This document shows, piece after piece, positions 9,999 to 19,600 of a stretch of DNA of 64,000 nt. Origin of the DNA: Candidatus Krumholzibacteriia bacterium (GTDB lineage: Bacteria; Krumholzibacteriota; Krumholzibacteriia; JAJRXK01); contig JBGPIA010000005.1 in the NCBI GenBank assembly GCA_041484665.1, forward strand, positions 96,001 through 160,000, in the 5' to 3' direction. Position numbers and translations under genes: made by a program. The stretch's first letter is position 1, and each line of letters starts with the position of its first letter. Under the pieces are notes generated by a model. The model saw only the letters and a list, made by a program, of their open reading frames with translations, made no database searches and was not told where the DNA came from.

Positions 9999-12062
9999 AT
10001 GCGCCACCCCACGACCGTCTGCCGGGGTCACCGCTTCGCCCGCAGGCGGAAGCTCCGCATCCTGCTACTGGGCTGCCTGCTGGCCGCCGCGCCGGCGGCC
10101 GGGCGCGCCGAGGACGAGCTGCACTACGGCTTTGGCGAGCGGAGGTTGGCATCGATCGACATCCGGGGCAACCGCGCGTTCAGTGACGGGACGCTCAAGG
10201 ACCTCCTGCCCATCCGGCAGCAAAGCTGGTACCTCCCCTTCGGCGCCGCGCGCTACCGTCGCGACCAGCTCTGGTTGGGGAAGGACGCCATCCAGAGCTT
10301 CTACGCCAGCGCGGGCTTCCACGAAGCCGTGGTGGAGGTCTCCAACGTGGACATCCGCTCCGGCGGCGACCGCATCACCATCTCCATCCGCGAGGGCCCC
10401 CGCACGCGCGTCGGCACGGTCGAGTTGCGCGGCTGCGAGCCGCTCACGCAGGAGCAGTTGTTGCCCCTGCTCGTCCACCCCCCGGGCTCTCCCGCGCCGG
10501 CGCTCGAGCGTGAGTACGGCAGCGATCTCTACCGCCTGCGCAGCGCCTATGTCGCGCGGGGCCATCTGCTCGCCCAGGTCGAGATGAGCCAGGTCAAGCG
10601 CGACTCGCTGGTGGATATCGTCTACACGATCCGCCCAAGGCCGCCCTTCACGGTGCGCGAGGTGCTGATCGAAGGCAACGAGCGCACCCACGAGCACCTC
10701 ATCCGCCGCGAGCTGCGCTTGCGCGCGGGCAGCCGATTCGACCTGGAGGAGGTGGGCCGAGCCCGCGCCAAGCTCTTCGCCACCGGCTACTTCCGCGACG
10801 TGAGCTTCGAGACCACCGATCTGGACAGCACCAACGCCACCTGCACGTTGCGGCTGCGCGTGCTGGAACGCAGGACCGCGTTCTACGAGATCGGGGTGGG
10901 CGCGGGGCAGCGCGAGCCGCTGCGCCTGTCGGGGGCGTGGGGCGAGCGCAATCTCTTCGGCAGCGGACGAGGCCTCACGCTGCGCAGCCGCGTCTGGCTC
11001 CGCGTGGAGAACGTGCTGGGCTCCGATGTGCAGCGCCTGGTGTTCGACCATCAGGAGGACTTGATCTACCAACACCCGCACCTGTTGGGATCGCGGTACA
11101 ACATTGCGCTGAACTCCTTCTTCAGCAAGGAGACCCGCGGTGAGTCGGGCATCGCCCTGGAGCGCCTGGGGATCAACGCGGGCACCACGCTCTACACGGG
11201 ACGCAGCCGCACCATCGATCTGGGCTTCTCCAACCAGCGCATCCAGAAGCTGATCCTCAACGAGGTGCCCCAGTCGGAGCGCGCCGACGTGGAGCGCATC
11301 GGGCTCAATCTCGCCACCACGCGCTCGGTGACCCTGTGGCTCACCCACGAGACGCGCGACAACCCGCTGCAGCCCCAGCGTGGCACGTTCGGTCAGCTGG
11401 TGCTGCAGGGAGCGGGCGGGCCGGTGCTGCGCAAGGACAATAGCTTTCTCAAGGCCGTGGGCGAATACAGCCACCTGTTCACGCTGCCGGCCCGGTCGGT
11501 ACTGGGCGTGCGCGGGAAAGTCGGTTGGGCCGAGGCGTACTGGCGGTCGGCCGATCTGGGGCCGGCGGGGGTTCCCCTCGAGGACCGCTTCTTCGCGGGC
11601 GGGCAGTCCACGGTGCGCGGCTACCGGGACAACAGCCTGGGACCGCGTCTGACGGCAGCCGATACGGCCGCGGTCAGCGACGTCCGCTTCCTGGCCAACC
11701 GCCCGGCGGCCGGTGGCAACGCGCTGCTGGTGCTCAACGCCGAGCTGCGTTTCCCGTTTCCCGTACTCTCGCGCTGGGGGATCGGCCTGGCGCTGTTCGC
11801 CGACGGCGGCAACGTCTGGGAGGACTGGAAGCGGGTGCAACTGAAGGAGTTTGCGCTGCGCAGCGCTCCGGAATCCACGGATCCCATCCTCGCGTTCCGC
11901 ACCAGCGTCGGAGTCGGACTCCACTACAACACCCCGGTGGGGCCACTGCGGCTGGAGTACGCCATTCCACTGCGCAGGGCACAACTCCAGCGCGAGCAGG
12001 GTGGGCCGCCCGAGGTCGACCCCCAGCACCTCTGGCACTTCAGCCTCGGGTATGCGTTCTAG
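9999..12062 (+). CDS. TamA/BamA-type Omp85 outer membrane protein (about 3 POTRA domains + beta-barrel)
   Basis: Signal peptide; POTRA motifs (IDIRGNRAFSD, IREGPR, IEGNERT..LIRREL, LFATGYF); FFAGG..TVRGY lid-lock; TPVGPLRLEYA; C-terminal FSLGYAF; directly upstream of a TamB-like gene. Start codon uncertain. Confidence 0.85.
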   Translation: MRHPTTVCRGHRFARRRKLRILLLGCLLAAAPAAGRAEDELHYGFGERRLASIDIRGNRAFSDGTLKDLLPIRQQSWYLPFGAARYRRDQLWLGKDAIQSFYASAGFHEAVVEVSNVDIRSGGDRITISIREGPRTRVGTVELRGCEPLTQEQLLPLLVHPPGSPAPALEREYGSDLYRLRSAYVARGHLLAQVEMSQVKRDSLVDIVYTIRPRPPFTVREVLIEGNERTHEHLIRRELRLRAGSRFDLEEVGRARAKLFATGYFRDVSFETTDLDSTNATCTLRLRVLERRTAFYEIGVGAGQREPLRLSGAWGERNLFGSGRGLTLRSRVWLRVENVLGSDVQRLVFDHQEDLIYQHPHLLGSRYNIALNSFFSKETRGESGIALERLGINAGTTLYTGRSRTIDLGFSNQRIQKLILNEVPQSERADVERIGLNLATTRSVTLWLTHETRDNPLQPQRGTFGQLVLQGAGGPVLRKDNSFLKAVGEYSHLFTLPARSVLGVRGKVGWAEAYWRSADLGPAGVPLEDRFFAGGQSTVRGYRDNSLGPRLTAADTAAVSDVRFLANRPAAGGNALLVLNAELRFPFPVLSRWGIGLALFADGGNVWEDWKRVQLKEFALRSAPESTDPILAFRTSVGVGLHYNTPVGPLRLEYAIPLRRAQLQREQGGPPEVDPQHLWHFSLGYAF

Positions 12063-12071
12063 AGTATATCT

Positions 12072-15000
12072 ATGTGGGTGAAGACCACACGCATCACGCT
12101 GCTCGTGGCGTTGCTCGTGGCGACCGCCGTGTTGGCGTATCTGGCCGCCAACCCGCACCTGTACGCCGGCCAGATCGGCAAGATGATCAGCCGCAATCTC
12201 CTGCAGGACTCGGGGCTCACCCTGTCCTTCCGCACCTTCGAGGGCAATCCGCTGCGGGACGTGCGCTTCCTGGACGTGACCCTGGTCGGCCGCGGCGGGA
12301 ACCTCGGGTTTGCCTACGTGAGTTGCGACACCGTACAGGTCTCCTACGATCCGCGCGCGTTGCTCGCCGGCGAGATCCACGTCAGCCGGCTGGTGGCGTC
12401 CTCCCCGCGCCTGGTGCTGCGGCGTGACGCGGCCGCCGGTCATCAGCCCGCCAACCACGAGACCAAACTCCTGGCGCTTCCCACGCTTTGGGACCGGCGC
12501 CTCCACGTCGAGCACCTGGAGCTGCGCAATGCCTCGGCCACGGTCACCTCGTCCTCGGGGCTCCCGCAGGAGCAGATCGCCCGCGTGCACGTCGTGGGCG
12601 GTGCCAGGCTGGAGGCCGGCACGCTGCGGGTCGACTTGGCGCGGCTGCAAGGCCGCTGGGGCTCACGGCACGTGGCGGTGCAGGAGGCGCGGGGCCGCGT
12701 GGAGTGGCGCCAAGACGGCATCCACATCGACGGCGCCCACGTGGTGCTCGACAGCACCGTCGCCGACGTCGACGGCGTGGTCGGGCAGGGCACTCTCGAC
12801 CTGCGCGTCAAGGGGCAGCCCGTGGTCCTGACCGAGGCCTTCCGGCTGCTGTCGTTGGGCGCCGTCCCGCGCGCGCTGCTGCGTGGCGAGGCCCACATCA
12901 TCAAGGCCGACAGCCACAGCGACAGCGTACGTATCCAGGCGTTGGCCGACGGGCAAATCGCCACCTACCCCTTCCAGCGCGTCCGCTTCAACGCCACCGT
13001 GCACGCAACCGGGATGGTCGTGCACCGCGCGCAAGGGACGTTCCTGGGTGCCGAGGTGGACGGCTCGGGAGACGTCGGCTTCAAGACCTCGGTGCTGTCG
13101 ATCCGGACCCACATCCGGCAGGCCGACCTGGCCCAGCCGTGGACGGGCAAGGATCTGCACTGGCCCAGCAGCGATCTCGCGGGACGCCTGAGCCTGACAG
13201 TCCATCTGATCCCGCCGGTGGCCGTCGACCTGCGGGTCGACCACGCCGCCGGCAGCGTGATGCAGCTCCCCATCGACTCGCTGCAGGTCGCCTTGCACTT
13301 CGACGACCGGCACGGGCTGGACCTGCACCGGGCGCGCGCAGTCTGCCTGCAAACCGCGCTGGTGGCGGAGGGCACCGTGGACAGCGCCAACACGGTCGCC
13401 ATCCTGGTACGCGCTCGCGCCGACGACCTCGGTCCCTGGCAGCGTCGCTACCACCTGCCCGTCTCCGGCACGGGGCTGGAGATCGCGGGCACCCTCGACG
13501 GACCGGCCGCGTCGCCCGGCCTGCACGTGGGCGCGTCGCTGCGCACGCTCGATGCGTTCGGCTTCTCGGCGTGGGGCGCCCAGGCCGTCGTGGAGCTCGC
13601 GCGCTTCGACTCCGCCGACACCCTGCGCGCCAATCTGGTCTCACCCCGGCTGCAGTACCGCGGCCGGCGCATGGGGTCGCTCGAGTTCGATGTCCGTCGC
13701 GCGGCGCCCCTGACCGAGATTCCCGAGCTGCGCCTGGCCATGGGCGACACGACGCTGAGCGCATCCGGGCGGATCGCGCAGGGCCAGGACGGCCAGATCC
13801 AGGTCGCGCTGGCCGCGCTGCAATTCGGCCTGGGGAAGGAGCTGTGGAGCCTGTCGCGCCCAGCGACGGCAACGATCGCCGGATCGGCGATCCAGGTCGA
13901 CGCTGTAGACGTCGTCTCGAGCACCGGACACGTGATGCTCAGCGGCGGCGTCGACGCGCAGGACCGCCTCTCGCTGCGTCTGGAGCTCGACGACGGGGAG
14001 CTCGCGCTACTGCCCCGGCTGGGCTTGGGACCGCACGACCTGCGGGGTACGATCACCGGTTTGGTGGAGCTGTCCGGCACCCGGGCGCAGCCGGGCTTCA
14101 CCGCGCGCGTGGAGGTCAAGGACGCGACGGTCGCGCAGCGGCAGTTCGACCGCGTGCGAGCGGAACTCACGTCGGCGGGCTCGACCCTGACGGCCGACTC
14201 GCTGGCCGTCGAGAGCCAGCACGGGCAGCTGCGCGTAGACGGCACCGTGGAAATGGGCGCTACGACCTGGCTGCGTACGCTCGCCTTCGAGGGGAGCCGC
14301 TGGCGAGAGCTGCTCGCGCCCGCCCGCCTGGACCTCCACGTGGCGGCCGAGCAGATCAATCCGCTCTACTGGTCCCGCCCCGACCGGCCGGATACCAGCT
14401 TGGGCTGGCTCAGCACCGACTTGCGGGCCCAGGGCACGGCTCGATCGCCCCGCGTGCACGGCGAGGTGACGGTCATGAACCTGCACAGCGGGCTCCTGAT
14501 CGTGCCCGCGGTCACGGGCCAGGTGGAGGCGGACAGCGCTGGCGTGCGCATCAACAGTGGGAACCTGCTTGCACCGCAAGAGTGGCTCAACTTCTCCGGT
14601 CGATTGCCCCTGCGCATCTCCGCCCTGGCCGCTCCCGTCTGGCGTCCGGAGGACGGCATCCAGCTCAGCGTGAGAACCGCCGAGAACGCTCCGCTCGATC
14701 CGCTCGTGAACATCTGGCCACACTTCACCCTGATCGGCGGCACCGGCAACCTGAGCTTCGACGCCAGCGGCGACCCGCGCGCGCCCACGCTCGAGGGCGA
14801 GCTGCATATCCGCAACGGCTCCGTCCAGCTGGAGCGCACGCTGGAGAAGCTGCGCGAGATCGAAATCGACGCCCACTTCAAGGACAACGTGCTGCGCATC
14901 GAGCGTGTAGCCGCCCGCGAGGGCTTGAAGGGCGAGCTGCACGCCCAAGGCGAGCTGCGCTTCAAGGGCCTGGTGCCCGACGACATTGCGCTGGACATCC

Positions 15001-15974
15001 AAGCCGACCGCTTCCAGTTCATCTCGGTCCCACGCTTGCTGGCGTTGCTGCGCAGCAACGACCTGAAGCTGCGCCTGGTTCGTCCAGTGCCGGGGAGCCC
15101 GCGCGCCCCCAAGATCACGGGGCGGGTCGAGGTGATCCAGGCCGAGTACACCGGCGAGTTCACCGAGTCGGGCGGCCAGTCTGGCGGTGCCATCGTCGAG
15201 ACCGACCTCCCGGACTGGCTGGCCGACCTCGACGTCACCACCGCCGGGCTGGTCGTCATCAACAATCGCGCCTTCGATGTGCGCGTCGAGGGCGACGTGA
15301 AGTTCACGCGCGACGAAGGCGGCCTCGGGCTGGCCGGTGTGGTCGATGTCCCGTCCGGACGGGTGCCCATCTTCAACAACGACTTCACCATCACCAGCGG
15401 GCACCTGACCTTCAACAGCCTCGAGCGGCTCGTGCCGCAGGTCGACATCACGGCGGTGACCAACTTGCCCGTCTATGGCGACCAGCGCGAGCTGGACCGC
15501 AGACTGGAGAAAGTGACCGTCCAGATGACCGGCAGTCTGGACGAGCCGAAGGTGAGCTTCTCCAGCGAGAGCGGCTACGACCGTGAGACGATCGTGCGGA
15601 TGCTGGCCGGCTTCTCCAACGAGGCCGGGCCGCAGCGCACGGCCATCGCCGATGTGGCTCTCGCCGGCGCGCTCAACCAGCTAGAGCGCCGCCTGGCCAA
15701 CGACATCGGTCTGATCGACACCTTCGACATCGACACCGAGGGGGGCAGGGTCCGGACCGCCGGATCCGGCCCCAGCATCGCGGTGGGCAAGTACATCTCG
15801 CCCAACTTCTACCTCAAGTACGGGCAGGGATTCTCCGTGAGCGAGCGCGACGTGTTCCTCGAGTACCAGATCAATCGCCACCTGCTGTTCACCACCGAGT
15901 TCAGCCGCCGCCTGCGGGAGACCACCGCGGAGACGCAGTACAACTTCAACGTGAACTACCGCGTCGAGTACTGA
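12072..15974 (+). CDS. tamB: translocation and assembly module TamB-like protein (AsmA/DUF490 type)
   Basis: 1300 aa; N-terminal membrane anchor; beta-rich repeats; C-terminal TamB hallmarks (TGSLDEPKVSFSS, AVGKYISPNFYLKY, LEYQINR, terminal YRVEY). Confidence 0.85.
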   Translation: MWVKTTRITLLVALLVATAVLAYLAANPHLYAGQIGKMISRNLLQDSGLTLSFRTFEGNPLRDVRFLDVTLVGRGGNLGFAYVSCDTVQVSYDPRALLAGEIHVSRLVASSPRLVLRRDAAAGHQPANHETKLLALPTLWDRRLHVEHLELRNASATVTSSSGLPQEQIARVHVVGGARLEAGTLRVDLARLQGRWGSRHVAVQEARGRVEWRQDGIHIDGAHVVLDSTVADVDGVVGQGTLDLRVKGQPVVLTEAFRLLSLGAVPRALLRGEAHIIKADSHSDSVRIQALADGQIATYPFQRVRFNATVHATGMVVHRAQGTFLGAEVDGSGDVGFKTSVLSIRTHIRQADLAQPWTGKDLHWPSSDLAGRLSLTVHLIPPVAVDLRVDHAAGSVMQLPIDSLQVALHFDDRHGLDLHRARAVCLQTALVAEGTVDSANTVAILVRARADDLGPWQRRYHLPVSGTGLEIAGTLDGPAASPGLHVGASLRTLDAFGFSAWGAQAVVELARFDSADTLRANLVSPRLQYRGRRMGSLEFDVRRAAPLTEIPELRLAMGDTTLSASGRIAQGQDGQIQVALAALQFGLGKELWSLSRPATATIAGSAIQVDAVDVVSSTGHVMLSGGVDAQDRLSLRLELDDGELALLPRLGLGPHDLRGTITGLVELSGTRAQPGFTARVEVKDATVAQRQFDRVRAELTSAGSTLTADSLAVESQHGQLRVDGTVEMGATTWLRTLAFEGSRWRELLAPARLDLHVAAEQINPLYWSRPDRPDTSLGWLSTDLRAQGTARSPRVHGEVTVMNLHSGLLIVPAVTGQVEADSAGVRINSGNLLAPQEWLNFSGRLPLRISALAAPVWRPEDGIQLSVRTAENAPLDPLVNIWPHFTLIGGTGNLSFDASGDPRAPTLEGELHIRNGSVQLERTLEKLREIEIDAHFKDNVLRIERVAAREGLKGELHAQGELRFKGLVPDDIALDIQADRFQFISVPRLLALLRSNDLKLRLVRPVPGSPRAPKITGRVEVIQAEYTGEFTESGGQSGGAIVETDLPDWLADLDVTTAGLVVINNRAFDVRVEGDVKFTRDEGGLGLAGVVDVPSGRVPIFNNDFTITSGHLTFNSLERLVPQVDITAVTNLPVYGDQRELDRRLEKVTVQMTGSLDEPKVSFSSESGYDRETIVRMLAGFSNEAGPQRTAIADVALAGALNQLERRLANDIGLIDTFDIDTEGGRVRTAGSGPSIAVGKYISPNFYLKYGQGFSVSERDVFLEYQINRHLLFTTEFSRRLRETTAETQYNFNVNYRVEY

Positions 15975-15981
15975 GCGCGCC

Positions 15982-16488
15982 CCTCTCCGGCGCGAGCACC
16001 GCACCCAGCGTCCTGCGGCCCCCCGGCCCGCAGCGCAATCGCGCCAAGCCGCCTTCACTCCGCCGCCACCCGCCCGCAGCAGCACGCCGTTCACGGCCGC
16101 CGGCTCCGCCCAGTCTCTCCCGCGACGTCCTCGCCCCGCGGCGACTTGCTGGTAGCAGCACAACGCTGACGGCCCCTGGCTCCGCACGGTCTGCGAGCGA
16201 CACTCCGCAGCCCGCCGGCCGATTCCTGGGTTGATCGCCGGCGGGCGAGGACCGTCGCGAGCGGACCGTGCGGAGTCAGGGGCCTGTGCACGACGTGCTG
16301 GAACGGGTCGTTGGCCACGGGGCTGCGGAGTGTCGCGGGAGAGACTGGGCGGAGCCAGCGGCCTGCGGTCGGCTTGCTCCGATGGGGCGCAGGCCGCCGA
16401 GCCGTGGAGGGCTTTGCGGGGATCAGCTGCGGGCCGGGGGGCCGCAGGACGCTGGGTGCGGGCGGGCGCGGGAGAGGCGGCGATTTTT
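15982..16488. repeat. nested inverted-repeat element of ~500 nt (REP/BIME-like mosaic, MITE-like element or long structured RNA)
   Basis: Perfect 36-bp IR 15999-16034/16426-16461; 31/32 IR 16095-16126/16332-16363; 27/31 IR 16171-16201/16254-16284; 10-bp inner stem 16210-16219/16237-16246; outer CCTCTCC/GGAGAGG; ends in ATTTTT. Confidence 0.9.
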
Positions 16489-16528
16489 GACGCGCACCAC
16501 CGCACATGTGTACACTATCAGTGGTGCG
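16487..16528 (+). promoter_or_regulatory. sigma70-type promoter overlapped by an 8-bp inverted repeat
   Basis: TTGACG (16487-16492), 18 bp, TACACT (16511-16516); CGCACCAC (16493-16500) and GTGGTGCG (16521-16528) flank the -10. Confidence 0.6.
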
Positions 16529-16609
16529 GTTGATTGGGCGAACCCTCCCCGGAGGGCTCCTGGGCAATCCTGCCGGCAACGGCGCGTCCCCCCCTGCGGA
16601 GACCTCACG

Positions 16610-19600
16610 ATGACCTCCCCGCGCTCCTCCCCGCGCTGGCGCTTCGCGGCGCTGGCAGTGGCGGCAGCTTCCCTGCTCGTCGCCGCCTCGCCACGGGCGC
16701 CATGGGCCCAGAGCTTCGGCCGCAACAAGGTGCAGTACCAGAACTTCGACTGGAGGGTGCTCAGCACCCCCCATTTCGAGATCTTCTTCTACGACGAGGC
16801 GGTGGCCGCGCACGCCGCGCTGATTGCCGAGGATGCCTACGTGCGCCTCAGCAAGGTCTTCCATCACCAACTGTCCAGTCAGATTCCTTTCATCCTCTAC
16901 GCGTCGCCCAACGACTTCCAACAGACCAACATCAGCGACGAGCTGATCGGCGAGGCGACCGGGGGATTCAGCGAGCCGGCCCGCAACCGCATGGTGCTGC
17001 CGTACCCCGGGGACAACCCCACCTTCCTGCACGTGATCAACCACGAGCTGGTGCACGTGTTCATGTTCGACATCGCCTACCACAGCACGGCCAAGGGCGC
17101 GGCACGCCGGGCCCTCTTCCCGATTCCGCTGTGGTTCGCCGAGGGTGCCGCCGAGTGGTTCTCCAGCGGCTGGGACAAGCAGGCGGACATGTGGATCCGG
17201 GACGCCACGGTGTACGACTGGCTGGCGCCCCTGCCGTATGTGGGGGGCGGGTTCCAGGTCTACAAGGAAGGCCAGGCGGCCATGCGCTACCTGGCAAAGA
17301 CCTACGGCGACGAGAAGGTCGTGGAGCTGTTCAAGAACGTCGGCCGCACGCGCGACCTGGGCAAGGCCCTGGAGACGACCATCGGCCTCGATGAGCAGGC
17401 CTACTCGGAGCGCTGGGTCAAGGCGATGAAGCAGGAGTACTGGCCGCTCTACGCCAACAAGCAGGAGCCCGAGACGGTCGGGCGCCGGCTCACCGACCAC
17501 GAGAAGGAGCGGGCCTATTTCAACCAGCACCCGTGTCTCTCGCCGGACGGGCGCTACGTCGCGTTCTTCAGCGATCGCAGTGGGCTGGTAGACCTGTTCC
17601 TCATGAACGCGGCCGATGGGACGCTGGTGCGCAAGCTGATCACCGGCTACAAGAGCAATCGCTTCCTGAGCCTGCACAGCTTCGAGAGCAGCATCGGCTT
17701 CTCCGGGTCCGGAGACCGCATCTGCTTCATCGCCAAGAGCGGCCCCCGCGAGACGCTCTACGTCGTCCGCGTCGACAATGGCAAGGTGGTCAAGAGCATT
17801 CCGCTGGGCATGGACATGGCGCGCAGCCCCGCGTGGTCGCCGGCCGCCGATCTGGTCGTTCTCAGCGGCACGCGCTCGGGCCGCACCGATCTCTACCTGA
17901 TCGACCTCCACAGCGGCAAGATCGATCGGCTCACCGACGATGCGGCCGACGAGCTTTCGCCCGCCTGGTATCCCAGCGGCGATCGGGTCCTCTACAGCGC
18001 ATACCCCGGCGCTACCGCAGACGTGCGCTTCTCCCGCGACGAGCACGGCATCACGCGGCTGGAGCCCGTGGACTTCGCCAGCGACAAGAACGTGGAGCGC
18101 GACGGTCACTCCTACGACCTCTGGTCGATCGACCTCCTCGCCCGCAAGCCGGAACTGGTGGTGGCTTCGGCCGGCGACGACACAGACCCCGTGGTCGTGG
18201 ACGACAGCACGATCGTCTTCGTGAGCGATGCGAGCGGCGTCAGCAACCTGTACTTCCACGACCTGAAGACCCGCAAGACGCACCGTTTCAGCGACGTGCT
18301 CGGCGGCTTGTTCCATCCCACGGTGAGCGCCTCGGCCGACCGACTGATCTTCACGGCCTTCAATCAGGGGGGCTTCGACCTCTTCCTGATGGAGAACTTC
18401 CGCGCCTACGCCCAGGAGCACCCGTTCGCCGATCCGATCGATCCGAAGGTGCTGGCAATCGCGTCTGCTGCGGCGGCGCCGGACTCCTCGGATCGGGTGC
18501 TCGCGCTGCTCACGCCGCGCACGAGCGCACAGCTGCCCGTCACCGACGAAGCGGGTCCGGCACAAGCCGGCCCGGCGTCCGGTGCGGGGCCCGGCCAGAC
18601 GTCCGGCGCGACGATCGGTGCCCCGACGGGGAGCGCAGCGCCCACGGAGACAGGCAGCGCACCGACGGCGACGACGGACACCGCGCCACCAGCGGAGGCA
18701 CAGACCGCGCCGCCTGCAGCCGCTGGCGTGCCGGCCGCTTTGCCCCCGGGAACGCCAGCCGCCTCCCCCACCGGCGGGGCGGCTCCTGCGGGCACGGCGA
18801 CGCCGGCCCAGCCGGCGACGGGCGCGGCGACGACTGCCAAGACCGCGGAGCCGCCCGGCCCGTCCGCGGGCGCCTCACCGGACGCTGCAGGGAACGGGCC
18901 GGCGAGCGGCACGGAGGTGGGCGTGCCGGGCGGGCCGCCCGAGCTCGCGCCCGCTGGTGTCCTCCCGCCGCAGGAGAAGAGCACGCCGGTGCGCCGGCCC
19001 ATCGGGTCCGTCGAGCGCTACTCGCCGCGCTTCTCCCTGGATCCCATCGGTGGCGGAGGCTTCGGTGGGGTCTACTACAGCTCCAGTCTGGGGTTTGCGG
19101 TGGCCAACGTGATCAGCTTCAGCGATCTGCTGGGCAACCACCGCATGCAGTTCCTGGTGAACTTCTACGGCTCGTTCAAGGACAGCGATCTGGCGGCCAG
19201 CTACTATTACCTCAAGCGACGCGTCAACTACGGGTTGGGCGTGTTCCACTACAGGAACTATATCAACAGCAACTTCACGAGCTTGGGCGAGGTGTTCGAG
19301 GGCCCGCGGCTGTTCAGCGAGCGCAACTACGGCATCTTCGGCCTGGCGAGCATGCCGTTCACCCAGTTCGACCGGGTCGACCTCGAGATGCAGTGGTACA
19401 CCAGTGACCGGACCTTCTACGCCATCGACGACGCCGGATTCGCCATCAGCACCGGCAGCAGCACGGCGCAGCTGGTGCAGCCCTCGCTCTCGTTCGTCCA
19501 CGATACGGCCTTCTACGGCCCGCACGGGCCCGTCACCGGGACACGCTGGCTGGTGAGCTTTTCGCCCGCGCTGCCGATCAGCGACAGTAGCGTCAAGCGC

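Noticed and set aside
10065..12650. Long antisense or alternative-frame ORFs (e.g. 10065-12650 -, 12488-15586 +, 23458-26253 +, 16091-18565 -, 35620-37749 -)
   Set aside because: Shadow ORFs of well-supported genes, expected at high GC; Arg/Gly/Ala/Pro-rich or antisense-biased composition and no motifs.
15982..16488. Autonomous IS element or protein-coding region
   Set aside because: No transposase-like ORF and no clear target-site duplication; ORFs over it are low-complexity, and the upstream extension of the 16268 ORF precedes a good promoter and RBS-ATG at 16610.
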